The translations under genes were made by a program, and so were the position numbers. From contig JAHFHX010000006.1 in assembly GCA_023246655.1 (NCBI GenBank), forward strand, positions 1-54,958: a stretch of 54,958 nt of DNA, written 5' to 3'. Shown piece by piece: positions 24,877-35,500 of the stretch (positions within the stretch are counted from its first letter, which is position 1; each line of letters opens with the position of its first letter). The notes below the pieces were generated by a model. It was not told the DNA's origin, did no database searches, and was given only the letters and a program-made list of their open reading frames with translations. The DNA comes from Candidatus Magasanikiibacteriota bacterium. Its GTDB lineage: Bacteria > Patescibacteriota > Patescibacteriia > Magasanikbacterales > GWA2-37-8.

Positions 24877-25959
24877 TTATGCATTAATATGAAAATAACA
24901 AACATCCCCATCCTTAATGATATATTCTTTTCCTTCTAATCTCATCTTACCAGTTTCCCGTAATTTTGACCAACCACCAGCCGCAACAAAATCTTGCCAA
25001 TTAACCACGTCGGCCTTCACAAAACCTTTCACAAAATCCGTATGAATGACACCCGCAGCTTCCGGGGCTTTGGTGTCAGCTTTTACCGTCCACGCCCGTG
25101 TTTCTGGCTCGCCCGAGGTGAGAAAGGTAATAAGGTTGAGGAGTTTATACCCAGCGACAATGAGTTTATCAAGCCCAGTTTGTTCAATGCCAAGTTCATG
25201 CAGGTATTGTCTAGCTTCCTCAGGAGACAAATCGGCGAGTTCAGCTTCGAGCTTGGCACTAATTTGAATTTGTGTCGCCGTCTCGTCGATAATGTTTTCT
25301 TGTTTTCTTGTTTTCTTGTTTTCTTCATCATTATTTACGACATACAACATTGGCTTCATCGTGAGTAAATGCAATTCTTGGACCAGTGCGATTTCATCGT
25401 CGGTATATTCAAGCTGACGTGCTGGCGAACCAGTTTGGAGATGATTAAAAATTTTTTCAAATAAATCTACCTGCGATTGAAACTCCTTGGCGCCGGCACC
25501 TTTGGCGGAAGTTCGAGCAGCCTTGAGACGTTTCTCAACCGTCTGAAGATCAGCAAGTGCGAGTTCGGTATTAATAATAGCGGCGTCGTCTTTCGGATCA
25601 ACGCGATTATGGACGTGGATGACATTTTCGTCAGAAAAAGCCCGGACCACTTGCGCGATCGCATCTACTTCCCGGATGTGAGAAAGAAATTTATTGCCCA
25701 ACCCTTCGCCCTCGGAAGCACCTTTGACAATGCCGGCGATATCGATAAATTCTATCGTTGTTGGAATAGTCTTTTGTGACTTAGACACTTGAGTCAGCTT
25801 TTGCAAGCGTTCATCAGGAACCTCAACCACACCAACGTTGGGATCGATAGTGCAAAATGGATAATTGGCGGCGTTCGCTTGTTTGCTTCGAGTGAGCGCG
25901 TTGAAGAGCGTGGATTTGCCCACGTTGGGAAGGCCGACGATACCGATTGAACATGACAT
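24877..25959 (-). CDS. ychF: Redox-regulated ATPase YchF
   Basis: [58 protein letters not shown]. Start at ATG 25959. Confidence 0.97.
   Translation of the reverse strand: MSCSIGIVGLPNVGKSTLFNALTRSKQANAANYPFCTIDPNVGVVEVPDERLQKLTQVSKSQKTIPTTIEFIDIAGIVKGASEGEGLGNKFLSHIREVDAIAQVVRAFSDENVIHVHNRVDPKDDAAIINTELALADLQTVEKRLKAARTSAKGAGAKEFQSQVDLFEKIFNHLQTGSPARQLEYTDDEIALVQELHLLTMKPMLYVVNNDEENKKTRKQENIIDETATQIQISAKLEAELADLSPEEARQYLHELGIEQTGLDKLIVAGYKLLNLITFLTSGEPETRAWTVKADTKAPEAAGVIHTDFVKGFVKADVVNWQDFVAAGGWSKLRETGKMRLEGKEYIIKDGDVCYFHINA
25294..25325. repeat. Perfect octamer tandem repeat (GTTTTCTT)x4 inside ychF
   Basis: Four exact copies, encoding part of [11 protein letters not shown]. Confidence 0.9.
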
Positions 25960-26092
25960 AGGGTGAAAATAACGAATTTCGAATGACAAGTGACTATAAT
26001 GAACGTGATCATTTTATCAAACATCTCTGCTCTTGACAAACAGACATTGTTTATTTGTACATAGTATTATTCTGTAGTACAATTATTTTGTT

Positions 26093-26782
26093 ATGAGCAA
26101 AACCATACTAAAACAAAGGGTACGAGCTTTGCGTCGATCTGGAAAAACCTATGCGGAAATACAGCGAGTGGTACGTAAAAAAATTGCACGTAGCACTCTT
26201 TCTGTCTGGTGCGAAAATATTGAACTTTCTCCAACCCACCAACGGCGAATCAAACAAATTATTGTTGCTAATCAAATTCGAGCACGCCAAACAGCAGTCG
26301 TCGCCAATCGTGGAAGACGCCAATTATATCTTAAAAAAATTCTTACGGAAAATAAGGATTTGCCAAGATTGGCCAAAAATAAAGACGTTGGAAAAATTAT
26401 TTTGGCTATGCTCTACTTGGCAGAAGGTTCAAAAGGCAAACGTGGCTGTTTAACCTTTGGTAATTCTGACCCTTTAATTATACAACTTTTTCTTTATTTA
26501 TTACGGCGATGCTTTAATATTGATGAAAGTAAATTTCGCTGCACAGTTCAGTGTCGAGCCGATGCTAATATTTCGTACCTTGAAAAATTTTGGGGGAGTA
26601 TTACAGAAATTCAGCATAGACAATTTTATTCATCGCGAATTGATCCGCGGACAATTGGTAAAAAGACTCAAAAACCCAATTATAAAGGCGTGTGCAAACT
26701 TGACTATTTCTCTGCTCATTTGTATAATGAGCTCACAATTATTAGTCAGATTGTGTGCAATATTTCACAAATGGGCCGTTAG
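26093..26782 (+). CDS. HTH plus LAGLIDADG-like domain protein
   Basis: N-terminal HTH (SGKTYAEI...IARSTLSVW), LAMLYLAEGSK single LAGLIDADG-like helix, FGNSDPLII. The TAG stop lies inside the tRNA. Confidence 0.65.
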   Translation: MSKTILKQRVRALRRSGKTYAEIQRVVRKKIARSTLSVWCENIELSPTHQRRIKQIIVANQIRARQTAVVANRGRRQLYLKKILTENKDLPRLAKNKDVGKIILAMLYLAEGSKGKRGCLTFGNSDPLIIQLFLYLLRRCFNIDESKFRCTVQCRADANISYLEKFWGSITEIQHRQFYSSRIDPRTIGKKTQKPNYKGVCKLDYFSAHLYNELTIISQIVCNISQMGR

Positions 26783-26845
26783 CACAGCTGGTAGTGCGCC
26801 TGGCTGGCAGTCAGGAGGTCGCGGGTTCGACCCCCGCACGGTCCA
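26773..26845 (+). tRNA. tRNA-Ala(GGC)
   Basis: GGGCCGT/ACGGTCC acceptor stem, anticodon loop CTGGCAG, GGTTCGACCCC T-arm. CCA not encoded. Confidence 0.93.
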
Positions 26846-26848
26846 CAG

Positions 26849-26876
26849 AAACACGTCACTCGCGAGTGACGTGTTT
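26849..26876. terminator. Perfect 28-bp palindrome; likely bidirectional terminator
   Basis: AAACACGTCACTCG|CGAGTGACGTGTTT between the tRNA and the convergent fibre gene. Confidence 0.7.
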
Positions 26877-26881
26877 TAATA

Positions 26882-29800
26882 TTATGGAGTTGTTGAGGGG
26901 GCGGTTGATTCTCCGTGTGCTGGAGTTATTGATGACGACTCACTTGGTGGTGTTGATGAAGTTGATGTTGTTGATTCTGGGGGAGGCGCGGGGATCTGGA
27001 GATTAGGGTCGGGCGGTGAGGGGGGTGGTACAACTAGATTGGGGTCAGGGCCCTCTGCTGGAGTAGTATTGTGAACACGCCGTTTTGCCACTACAATCCA
27101 ATCGAAGGTAGCGTTGCTGGTACCGCCGGAAAGCTCTTTGACCACAAATCCTTGAGCAGTTTTTTCACTCACATAAATTCCTTTAGCTTCGCCTGATGTA
27201 AGCGTGACAGTGACTTTGAGTGGAGTAGCCGAATCAACAATCTCTTCCGTAGCTTGATCAAAAATTATTCGCGCTTCACCAGCCACGAGTTGTGATGAAC
27301 TTGAGAAAACAAATTCCGCGGTTGGTGACTGCATAGCGACCATTTCTTTATCTCCGGCTGAAGTAGACAGACGAGTAATAAACCTGCCTTCCGCGTCAAT
27401 TTCCCAGCGGTTATCTTGGCCCTTAATGGCTGCGACGTTGATAAGCACTTGATTATTGATATTAAAATCAGTGGGAAGAATAATTTCACCATTGTTGCTG
27501 GTTTTTATGGTTAAACCATGATTCCACCCCAATTTAACAAACGTTAATACTTTTCCAATCTCAGTACCATCATAGGTTTCTAAAGCCACGCCAATTGTTG
27601 GTCCTTCTCCCACCGCTTTAACCGCAACGCCGGGAATAGATGATAACGTAAGCTGATCACCGCGTTGAATTGATCCTTGAGATGTAGAAACTTTAACTGG
27701 AACACGACCGGCCAAGGCTACCAGTGGCCGAGTTGAGGTAACTTCAGCCGCTGGCCCCATAACCACATCAGACCCATTAATTGCTAGGGCTGGTTTTGTT
27801 GAAACAACACCAATTGCCGTGTCATTAACAAGAGCTTTTTTAATAGTTGCTCGCTCTGGAGCAGCCGTATCAACAGCTACTACATCACCTGCCTCCATTA
27901 CTTGCGATGCGGGATAACGCTCGGCGATATCGAATACATCGCCTGGGTCATCAGCTCCGTTTCCTCCAGCCGTATCTACCTTTAACCCACCGTTGACTTC
28001 CGCACCACAATTATTACCGGTAGTAATGCAGATGCCCCCCTGAACGACTAATGACCACGCTGGTGTAGTGGTATTAATTCCAACTCTTTTATTAAACAAA
28101 TCAATCTGCATCGCCACATCGCTCGGATTTGTCGTCCCTTTAATAAAGTCAAAGGTGCTACTTGCTGGGGTATATTGCAAACCCCAGGCGTTATATTGAG
28201 GAGATTCCGCTAGTACCGTACGACTAGCATTGCTACCAGTTTGATACATGTAAATCATTGGCTTGTTAGACCCAGTACTCAGTGGAAAATAAATACTTTT
28301 TTCGTCATCATTTAGAACAATATCCGAAGAAAAAGTGCCAGTAGCACTGACGCTACCAAACCTGAGAGTGCCTGAGACGCTTACATTACCACTGGAATCG
28401 ACATAAAATTTACCGAGCGCATCAACGGTGGAGCTGGCGATGACGAGTTTGTTGCTCTCGAGCGAAGATGTGACCGTGCCACTGCCAGCAAACACTCCAC
28501 CGCCTTGCACATTTAAACTTCCATTTCCTAAAGTGAGCAAACTATAGGGTGTCAGAGTGCCGATACCAACGTTGCCACCTATAATGGCCATGGTATTGGC
28601 TTGAGCCAATATTGGCCCGGTAGTATCAAGGCCAATTAAAACAGCATAATCACCGGTCGCTTGGCTGCCAATCCCCCCCATTGCAATTGAATGGCTGCCG
28701 GTAGCTTGATTAGAATCTCCTAAAGCAATGGAAATGATTCCGCTAGCCGTATTGGCATGACCAAACGCAGTCGAATAGTTTCCAGAGACAGTATTTTGAT
28801 CACCACTAGCAAAACTGTAATCACCGGCGACATTGCTCGCCCACCCCACCGCGGCTGAATAATTTCCGCTCACTGTATTATTCTGTCCAAAAGCTACTGA
28901 ATAATTTCCGATACTGCTATCATCCCATTGTGTACCAGCAACGGCTCCAGCTCGAAATGCTGCTTTAGCTGGAACCCACATGAGACGGGTACCAGCACCG
29001 CTTGCCGGTGCTCCGCCGACGACTCCTGTATAGATACCCTGAGCCAAAATGGTGCCTGAAGTGCTAATGGCACCATCGCCCGTCGGGGAACCATCTACAT
29101 AAAATACACCGGCATTAAAATTGCTCGCTTGACCAACGATAAGCGAGGTGGCAGTAGCAACTGTAGAGCTCGTGCCATTGCCGAGTGATAAATAATTGCC
29201 GTTGAGGGTGGTGGAGGCAATACCACCACCGATGTTAAGACGAAGAACAGTAGAAGAGACTTGGGAAATGAAACCTGCCTGGAAGGTGTTGAGGCCACTG
29301 TAGGTAACACCGCCAGTGAAGGTGGTGGCGCCAAAAACTTGGAGCGTGCCAGAGGCACTAACATTGCCGGAAGAATCAACGTAAAATTTACCCAAGGCGT
29401 CAGCAGTGGAACTAGCGATGACGAGTTTGTTGGATTCAAGTGATGAAGTGGTAGAACCGTTGCCAACAGCCAAACCGGCATTACTACCCGCAACAGTTAA
29501 CAAAAAATTAGGAGCTAATGTACCAATGCCAACATAATTAGATAGCATTGCAATAGTGTTGTTCTGAGCCAGAGTGTAGGCAGTGGATGTTCCTCCAATA
29601 GCCATTGAGTTGTTACCGCTGACGGTTAATAAGTTCCCTAGGGCAATAGAATTAATTCCGCTTACCGTATTGGTGGCACCAAATGCAAAGGAACTAGGCC
29701 CAGATACAGAGTTGCCAATACCAACCGCTCCAGCATGATTACCGCTGATGGTATTGTTGTCTGTACCTAACACGAACGAAGCGATACCATTAATAATATT

Positions 29801-32410
29801 TGATCGCCCCAAGGCAATTGAATACTGGCCACCGGCTCCACCATTAGCGACAGAATTACCGCTTCCAAAGGCTGAAGCATTTGGTGCGTGGACTGTATTG
29901 TTGTCACCAATTGCCGTACCGTATCCATAATCAGCCGTATTTTGATAACCAAACATATAATTGTATGATGCCGCACTGACTGCATTAACATTGCTGCGAT
30001 ACCCAATGCCAATATTGTTGGTAGCCCCACCAGCAAGACCGGCAATAAAATTTTCTACTCCAATACCAATTGAATCATCGGACTCTGGTCGGTTGCCATT
30101 CCCTAAGGCAATGGAAGTAGCGCCGCTAGCAATATTATTTACTCCGAGAACAAATGAATTCTGACCAATGCTGGCATCATCCCAACTAGCCGCCCCTCCT
30201 CCTGTCAACCGACCTGCCCGAAACGCTCCTTTAGACGGAATCCACATCATTCGAGTTCCAGCTTCACTCGGTAATGGGTTACCCCCACCACCAGTGCCTT
30301 CTACCAGAAACACACCATTACTTACTGTGAATTTAGCAACTGGTGTAGAAGTTCCGATTCCTAAAGCCACATTAATGGTTGAAGTGGTAATGGCGTTAAT
30401 TGAACTAGATGTATAGATAGCACCATTCCCAGCCGCTGAACCATCTACAAAGAACACTCCTTGATTAAACCCGGAGTTGCGTTGACCGAGAATAAGGGAG
30501 GTAGCGGTGTGGATTGAGGTGGTGGTGCCATCGGTTACCGACAAATAATTAGCGGCAACGGTTGTTGACACCCCGGCATTACCAACAATGATACTCGAGG
30601 ATGAATAAAGTGGTTCGCTACTCTTGAGCCAAAGTGGAACGGTAGTGGAAGGAGTAAGAGTGAGAGTACCAAAGTTAGTTTGTTTCACCCAATCCGCGGC
30701 TAAGTTGCTACACCCAGTGCAACTAGCCACGGTTAGTGTGCCCGAAGCACTCACGTTGCCGCTGAAATCAACGTAAAATTTACCAAGATCAGCGCTGGGA
30801 GTTTGACCAATAATAAGTTGAGTATTACTCAGACTCGAGGTCACAGAAAAACCAAGCGCTGCGCTAATATCATTAACAAAAACGCCGCCTTGAAAATTAC
30901 CATAACGCCATTTCGTGGAGGCAGTACCGAGATCATACAGACCTCCTGTACTTGGATTAACGTTCCCGGCAAAAGTGCCGACACCAGCAGTCAAGGCATC
31001 AGCGCCAATATCGATGGCACCGAAACCCGAAGTGATAGAACCGCTCCCGAGTGCGCCAACCGAGGTGAGTGATGAATTAACAACAGCGGAACCAAGTGTT
31101 GTGGCGCTGAGAACGTTGGTGTTGTTGATGAGATAGACACTGCCACTAGGAAGATTGATATTGCCACTAGCGACGGAAATGCCACCGGAGAAAGTTGAGG
31201 TGGTGCTGTCGCCGAAGATAGTAGTAGTAGCCGAGCCTCCAACATAGATTCGATCAACAACCGACAAACGGGTTGAGGAAGCTTGCGTTAGTGAACTTAA
31301 TCCTACCACTGATAGAGCATTACTTAATGTGGTGACGCCGGTAACACCAAGCGTACCGCCAATGGTGGCATTGTTGGTAACGGCAAGACCGGTGCCAGCG
31401 GCAGTTGCGCTAAGGGCTCCAGCGATTGTCGTCGCACCATCAACTAGAAAGGTAGAAGAAGCGCGTAGAGCACCACTGATTTGGAGGTTGCTGCTAAAAG
31501 TAGAGGAGACGCTTGAAAGTAAACCACCGGTGAATGTCGCCAGACCACTAACACCAAGCGTGCCGCCGAGAGCGCTATTACCAGTGATAGCGACTGTTCC
31601 TAGATTGGCGTTTGTGATGGTAGAACTGACGACCGTTGTTGTAGCGAATGTGGTGGTGGCAGAAAATGTATTACTACCAGTAAAAATCTGATTACCAGCT
31701 AACTGCGCACTACTGGTAGCGCAACCTATACAGTTTGTTACAGTAAGGTTGGTGATATTGGCATTGGTAAGCGTTGAACTGGTAAATGTCGACGTTGCGA
31801 ATGTCGTCGTGGCAATAAAAGTAGAATTACCGGTGACATAGGCGCCTGTTGATGTGACGCGATTAAATTGAAAATTCCCACTACTATCAGAAATGGGGAT
31901 GTATGTTGAACTAGATGCCGTGCTAGTAGCAGTCACACCATCAAGCTGGCGGGCATTAAACGCATAGGGGGCAGTAGTAATTTGTTTGCGTGGCGTAAGT
32001 GTCTCGGCTCCAACCCGCACCTCTAAGTATACGGAACCATTCGTTTGAAAAATAGTATTATCAAGAGCGTTAGTACCACTACTGCCTAAATCAACACTAA
32101 AAAGTCCGCTGGTTGGTGTTACATTGATAGTCGTCGGTGCAGCCAGAGTTCCAGAAACAGTATAGAGTGCGTTCCCACCGGTCACAGCATCATAAAGAAG
32201 AATTTTCATGCTTTGCGTAGTGGTAGCGGCTAGCCCATTAACTAACAACTTTCCTTGATACGTAACAATCGCTGGGGCAGTGGCCGCTTTGGTGGGCGTG
32301 CCTTGTAATAGCCAGGCGCCGCCAAAAAATAACAATAACAAAACTACACCAATAGCAAAAAATACCCGGCGTTCATTTTTTGAATTTCTCCCGGTTTTCG
32401 GAAACAACAT
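26882..32410 (-). CDS. Very large Thr/Ser/Gly-rich surface fibre/adhesin with YadA-like head repeats and a C-terminal intramolecular-chaperone-like domain
   Basis: Start reassigned to ATG 32410 (TM/signal follows; a terminator lies in the longer ORF). N-terminal YQGKL...GLFSVDLG...LTPRKQITTAPYA, two blocks of (S/A)xAxGxxNxxxG repeats, C-terminal DIAERY...GVVSTKP...LAGRVPVKV. Confidence 0.75.
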   Translation of the reverse strand: MLFPKTGRNSKNERRVFFAIGVVLLLLFFGGAWLLQGTPTKAATAPAIVTYQGKLLVNGLAATTTQSMKILLYDAVTGGNALYTVSGTLAAPTTINVTPTSGLFSVDLGSSGTNALDNTIFQTNGSVYLEVRVGAETLTPRKQITTAPYAFNARQLDGVTATSTASSSTYIPISDSSGNFQFNRVTSTGAYVTGNSTFIATTTFATSTFTSSTLTNANITNLTVTNCIGCATSSAQLAGNQIFTGSNTFSATTTFATTTVVSSTITNANLGTVAITGNSALGGTLGVSGLATFTGGLLSSVSSTFSSNLQISGALRASSTFLVDGATTIAGALSATAAGTGLAVTNNATIGGTLGVTGVTTLSNALSVVGLSSLTQASSTRLSVVDRIYVGGSATTTIFGDSTTSTFSGGISVASGNINLPSGSVYLINNTNVLSATTLGSAVVNSSLTSVGALGSGSITSGFGAIDIGADALTAGVGTFAGNVNPSTGGLYDLGTASTKWRYGNFQGGVFVNDISAALGFSVTSSLSNTQLIIGQTPSADLGKFYVDFSGNVSASGTLTVASCTGCSNLAADWVKQTNFGTLTLTPSTTVPLWLKSSEPLYSSSSIIVGNAGVSTTVAANYLSVTDGTTTSIHTATSLILGQRNSGFNQGVFFVDGSAAGNGAIYTSSSINAITTSTINVALGIGTSTPVAKFTVSNGVFLVEGTGGGGNPLPSEAGTRMMWIPSKGAFRAGRLTGGGAASWDDASIGQNSFVLGVNNIASGATSIALGNGNRPESDDSIGIGVENFIAGLAGGATNNIGIGYRSNVNAVSAASYNYMFGYQNTADYGYGTAIGDNNTVHAPNASAFGSGNSVANGGAGGQYSIALGRSNIINGIASFVLGTDNNTISGNHAGAVGIGNSVSGPSSFAFGATNTVSGINSIALGNLLTVSGNNSMAIGGTSTAYTLAQNNTIAMLSNYVGIGTLAPNFLLTVAGSNAGLAVGNGSTTSSLESNKLVIASSTADALGKFYVDSSGNVSASGTLQVFGATTFTGGVTYSGLNTFQAGFISQVSSTVLRLNIGGGIASTTLNGNYLSLGNGTSSTVATATSLIVGQASNFNAGVFYVDGSPTGDGAISTSGTILAQGIYTGVVGGAPASGAGTRLMWVPAKAAFRAGAVAGTQWDDSSIGNYSVAFGQNNTVSGNYSAAVGWASNVAGDYSFASGDQNTVSGNYSTAFGHANTASGIISIALGDSNQATGSHSIAMGGIGSQATGDYAVLIGLDTTGPILAQANTMAIIGGNVGIGTLTPYSLLTLGNGSLNVQGGGVFAGSGTVTSSLESNKLVIASSTVDALGKFYVDSSGNVSVSGTLRFGSVSATGTFSSDIVLNDDEKSIYFPLSTGSNKPMIYMYQTGSNASRTVLAESPQYNAWGLQYTPASSTFDFIKGTTNPSDVAMQIDLFNKRVGINTTTPAWSLVVQGGICITTGNNCGAEVNGGLKVDTAGGNGADDPGDVFDIAERYPASQVMEAGDVVAVDTAAPERATIKKALVNDTAIGVVSTKPALAINGSDVVMGPAAEVTSTRPLVALAGRVPVKVSTSQGSIQRGDQLTLSSIPGVAVKAVGEGPTIGVALETYDGTEIGKVLTFVKLGWNHGLTIKTSNNGEIILPTDFNINNQVLINVAAIKGQDNRWEIDAEGRFITRLSTSAGDKEMVAMQSPTAEFVFSSSSQLVAGEARIIFDQATEEIVDSATPLKVTVTLTSGEAKGIYVSEKTAQGFVVKELSGGTSNATFDWIVVAKRRVHNTTPAEGPDPNLVVPPPSPPDPNLQIPAPPPESTTSTSSTPPSESSSITPAHGESTAPSTTP

Positions 32411-32514
32411 AACCAACGTTAAATTTGTAGATAGTATACACTTTTTTTCACCTTTCTGACATGTTAAAAACTGTTGATAAGTAAGGTCAATGGAAGAGCT
32501 TGGATGATAACGAA

Positions 32515-32540
32515 AAAACTGCCCGTATCCGGGCAGTTTT
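32515..32540. terminator. Hairpin terminator after the 32583-35813 gene
   Basis: AAAACTGCCCG-TATC-CGGGCAGTTTT. Confidence 0.7.
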
Positions 32541-32582
32541 CCTGCAAACTTTGAATTACGAAATACCCGTTTTGTCATCTAT

Positions 32583-35500
32583 TTAATCTTTTTTCATTGG
32601 TTGATCTGGCGACCCTTGTTCTCCCGGTTGCAATCCAACATTAAGAGCGATCGTCTCGGCGTCTTTGCCGCTTAAATCAATTTGGTCGGAGCGTTGTTGC
32701 TCATAAGCCTTATGATCGTAAGTTACGTAGTAGCGATTATCCCCGGCTAAGAAATAATAGCGCCCTTTACGGTCGGTAATCTGCGTAGCGACAAGCTTGT
32801 TGAATTGTGAACTAAACAAACGGGCAACCGCATTAGACAGCGGTTCTTTTGTCCCCGCATCATACACAATACCCCAACTTTTAACTTTGGGCGGCTTGGC
32901 GAGTCGCCAGAAGAGTGCGGTGAATACTAAGTGGACGCCCAAAAGTACCCATACATACCAGCGTGGAGCAATATACAAAGATACGATCGTTACCCCAAAG
33001 CCTACCCATGATAGTATCCATTGCAATTTACGCGCGAAGCGTTCCCAGATGAGCCGAAGTGGCTTCTTATGTTCGCCGAGTGGATCGAGTGGGATATTGG
33101 CAGTGATAACTGCTCCTTCTTCGGAAACCTTAATTGGCTCACCATGATAAATATCGGTTTTCTGACCATCATTTTTGTAAGCTGCAAGCAGTGTCGATGG
33201 AAAGGTCATCGCGCCCTTACTAATCTCTAAACGATATTCACCCGGTTCTACCACAAAGGCATAACGGCCTTTTTTATCGGTTACTTTGGATTGAACTATC
33301 TTACCAGTGGTGGCGTTAATTAAACGAACCGTGGCTAAATCAACAGGCAACTTATTAAGAGCATTGTATACCTGCCCCCAACCAGAACGACGTCGCAAAC
33401 CAAGGAGCATTAATGGCTGAAGAAAAAGAAAACGTAAAAATGGAAAAACATCAGCAAATGTCAAAAAGGGAACGGTACTAACAGCGATCACACTAACAGT
33501 AGCCGGCGCTACAACGTGACTCGCCGCCTTTTCAACTTCCGGATTATCGGCGGCCTCATTTACTATCTTAGCGGTATCAACTACTTTCTCTGCGGTACGC
33601 TGCGTGGCGGCTTTAGTTTTGGCAGCGAGATTTTTTGCAACATTAGTAATATTCTCGGCCAGCGAAGCATCGGGATTAATACTATCACTTAATGATGGCG
33701 GTTCTGCAATGAGGCTAATTGATACATTTACTACATTGTTGTCGATGGTTAACCCCGGTGTTGTGCGTTTATAAAACCCTAATTTTGTGGCTTGTATAAC
33801 ATACCGTCCATTGGGCACGATCCATCCATACGTACCATTAGCGTTGGTAATAACAGGATTAGCGAAGCCGCTCGGGGCAGTATCAACCGGCTTGCCTTCG
33901 GGGGTAAGCAAGAGAACAGTAACGCCCGTCGGTGCCACGTCACCGGTGTGGATCTCACCCAAGGCGAGTGATTCTAATACCAAGCTAATGGTATCAACTT
34001 GCTCTCCACCGTAATCGATTACTACTTGAACCGGATGCTGACCGATTGGTGGTGCGGTAATATCGGTACTATATCGAGCCGAACCAATTTCAAAAATAAA
34101 TTGATGTTCGTCATGGTTATCAATATGTAAAATCACCGAACGAGGGGTACGAAAAAATTTCTTAAGAGGTAGGAAAATCGTCAAAGGTGTACCCGCCAAA
34201 CTGGTTACTCGGTTGCCTTTCGGTTCTAAGGTAATAGTCCGGTTACCCGCCAAAAAAGTAAGGTCGCTTACTAAAAGTTTAGCCGATTCTGGCACCGTAC
34301 TGGAACCTGATTCCAAACCGCTTGTCCCCCCGGTCCCGGGCAACACTGAATTAACACATCCAGAAAATCCAAAACAGGCCGGATCATAACAATCAATTTT
34401 ACCGTTGCCGTCGTCATCGCTGCCATTCATGCAAATTTCTTGAACAATACCTTTCTGTCCTTGACAAAAAATACTTCCGCCACAGGCCGAATCAGCACAA
34501 TCAATGGCACCGTTGGCGTCGTCATCAATACCATTGTTACAGATCTCAAAAACTGGCGCCTTACAATTTACATTACCATTGCAATCACTATCGGCACAGT
34601 CTACCTTAGCATCACCGTCATCATCCACACCATTATTACAAATTTCTTTTTTTGGTGGTGCTAAACAATTTGGATCATCTTTACAGGCAACATCGGCACA
34701 ATCAATGGCGCCATTACTATCGTCGTCGATACCATTATTACAAACTTCGCTTGATCCTACAGGGGGGGTTATTTTTCCGCTGATGAATGTCCCAGCGCTT
34801 ACATTATTTGAGGTGTCAAAAGAAAAAATGGTGTAAAAATAAGTAACATTCACAAGAACATTCCCATCGGTAAAACTTTGTCCACTACCCGTGTATACCA
34901 ATGTGCCATCGTTAATGTTAAGAGAACGGCTGTTGACTTTACGTACCACCTTTACACCACTAAAATCGGGCACGGCATTAAGGCTCGGGTTAACCCAGCT
35001 CACTTTGATAGTATTTGAGGTTGTGCTTAATTCCACTCCACTTACATCTGGAGGTGGGGTGGCATCTTTGGCGGTCTGGAAGGCAGCGTCCGTGGTGTTA
35101 GCAGTGTTGCCCGCGCTATCAGCAGAAAGAATTTGGTAATGATAGATAGTATTGGGCAACAGGTTAAAAAGCAAAACACTATGAGCAAGTATCTTACTGA
35201 CATCAAAAGAACTTACGCCATAAGCATTGGTGAAACCATATTGAACCTGGCTATCGGCGGGCTCGTTGGTTTGCCAATTAATACTTGAGGTAGTAACTCC
35301 CGGAATGGTTTGAATATTGGAAATAACTGGTGGGGTGTTATCCGGTGGTGGGGTATATACTTTGGTTTTAAATAAACCGGTATACGATGTACTTTTATTA
35401 CCATTATCAGTTACCGTAATTTTAAAATAATACACCGTGCCCGTAGCCAGACCGGACAGCGCCACTTGATAGCTGCCCGTGATTGATCCGGAGTTACCAT

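Noticed and set aside
26108-27492. Short ORFs overlapping the LAGLIDADG-like gene, tRNA-Ala and the fibre C-terminus
   Set aside because: They overlap better-supported features and lack motifs. The same applies to the other ORFs under 135 aa nested in long genes.
26882-32410. Prophage interpretation of the tail-fibre-like gene
   Set aside because: No capsid, terminase, portal or integrase nearby, and the protein has a membrane anchor.
32411-32578. First 56 codons of the 1898-aa ORF
   Set aside because: Contains a terminator hairpin and precedes the signal/TM segment; ATG 32410 is preferred.
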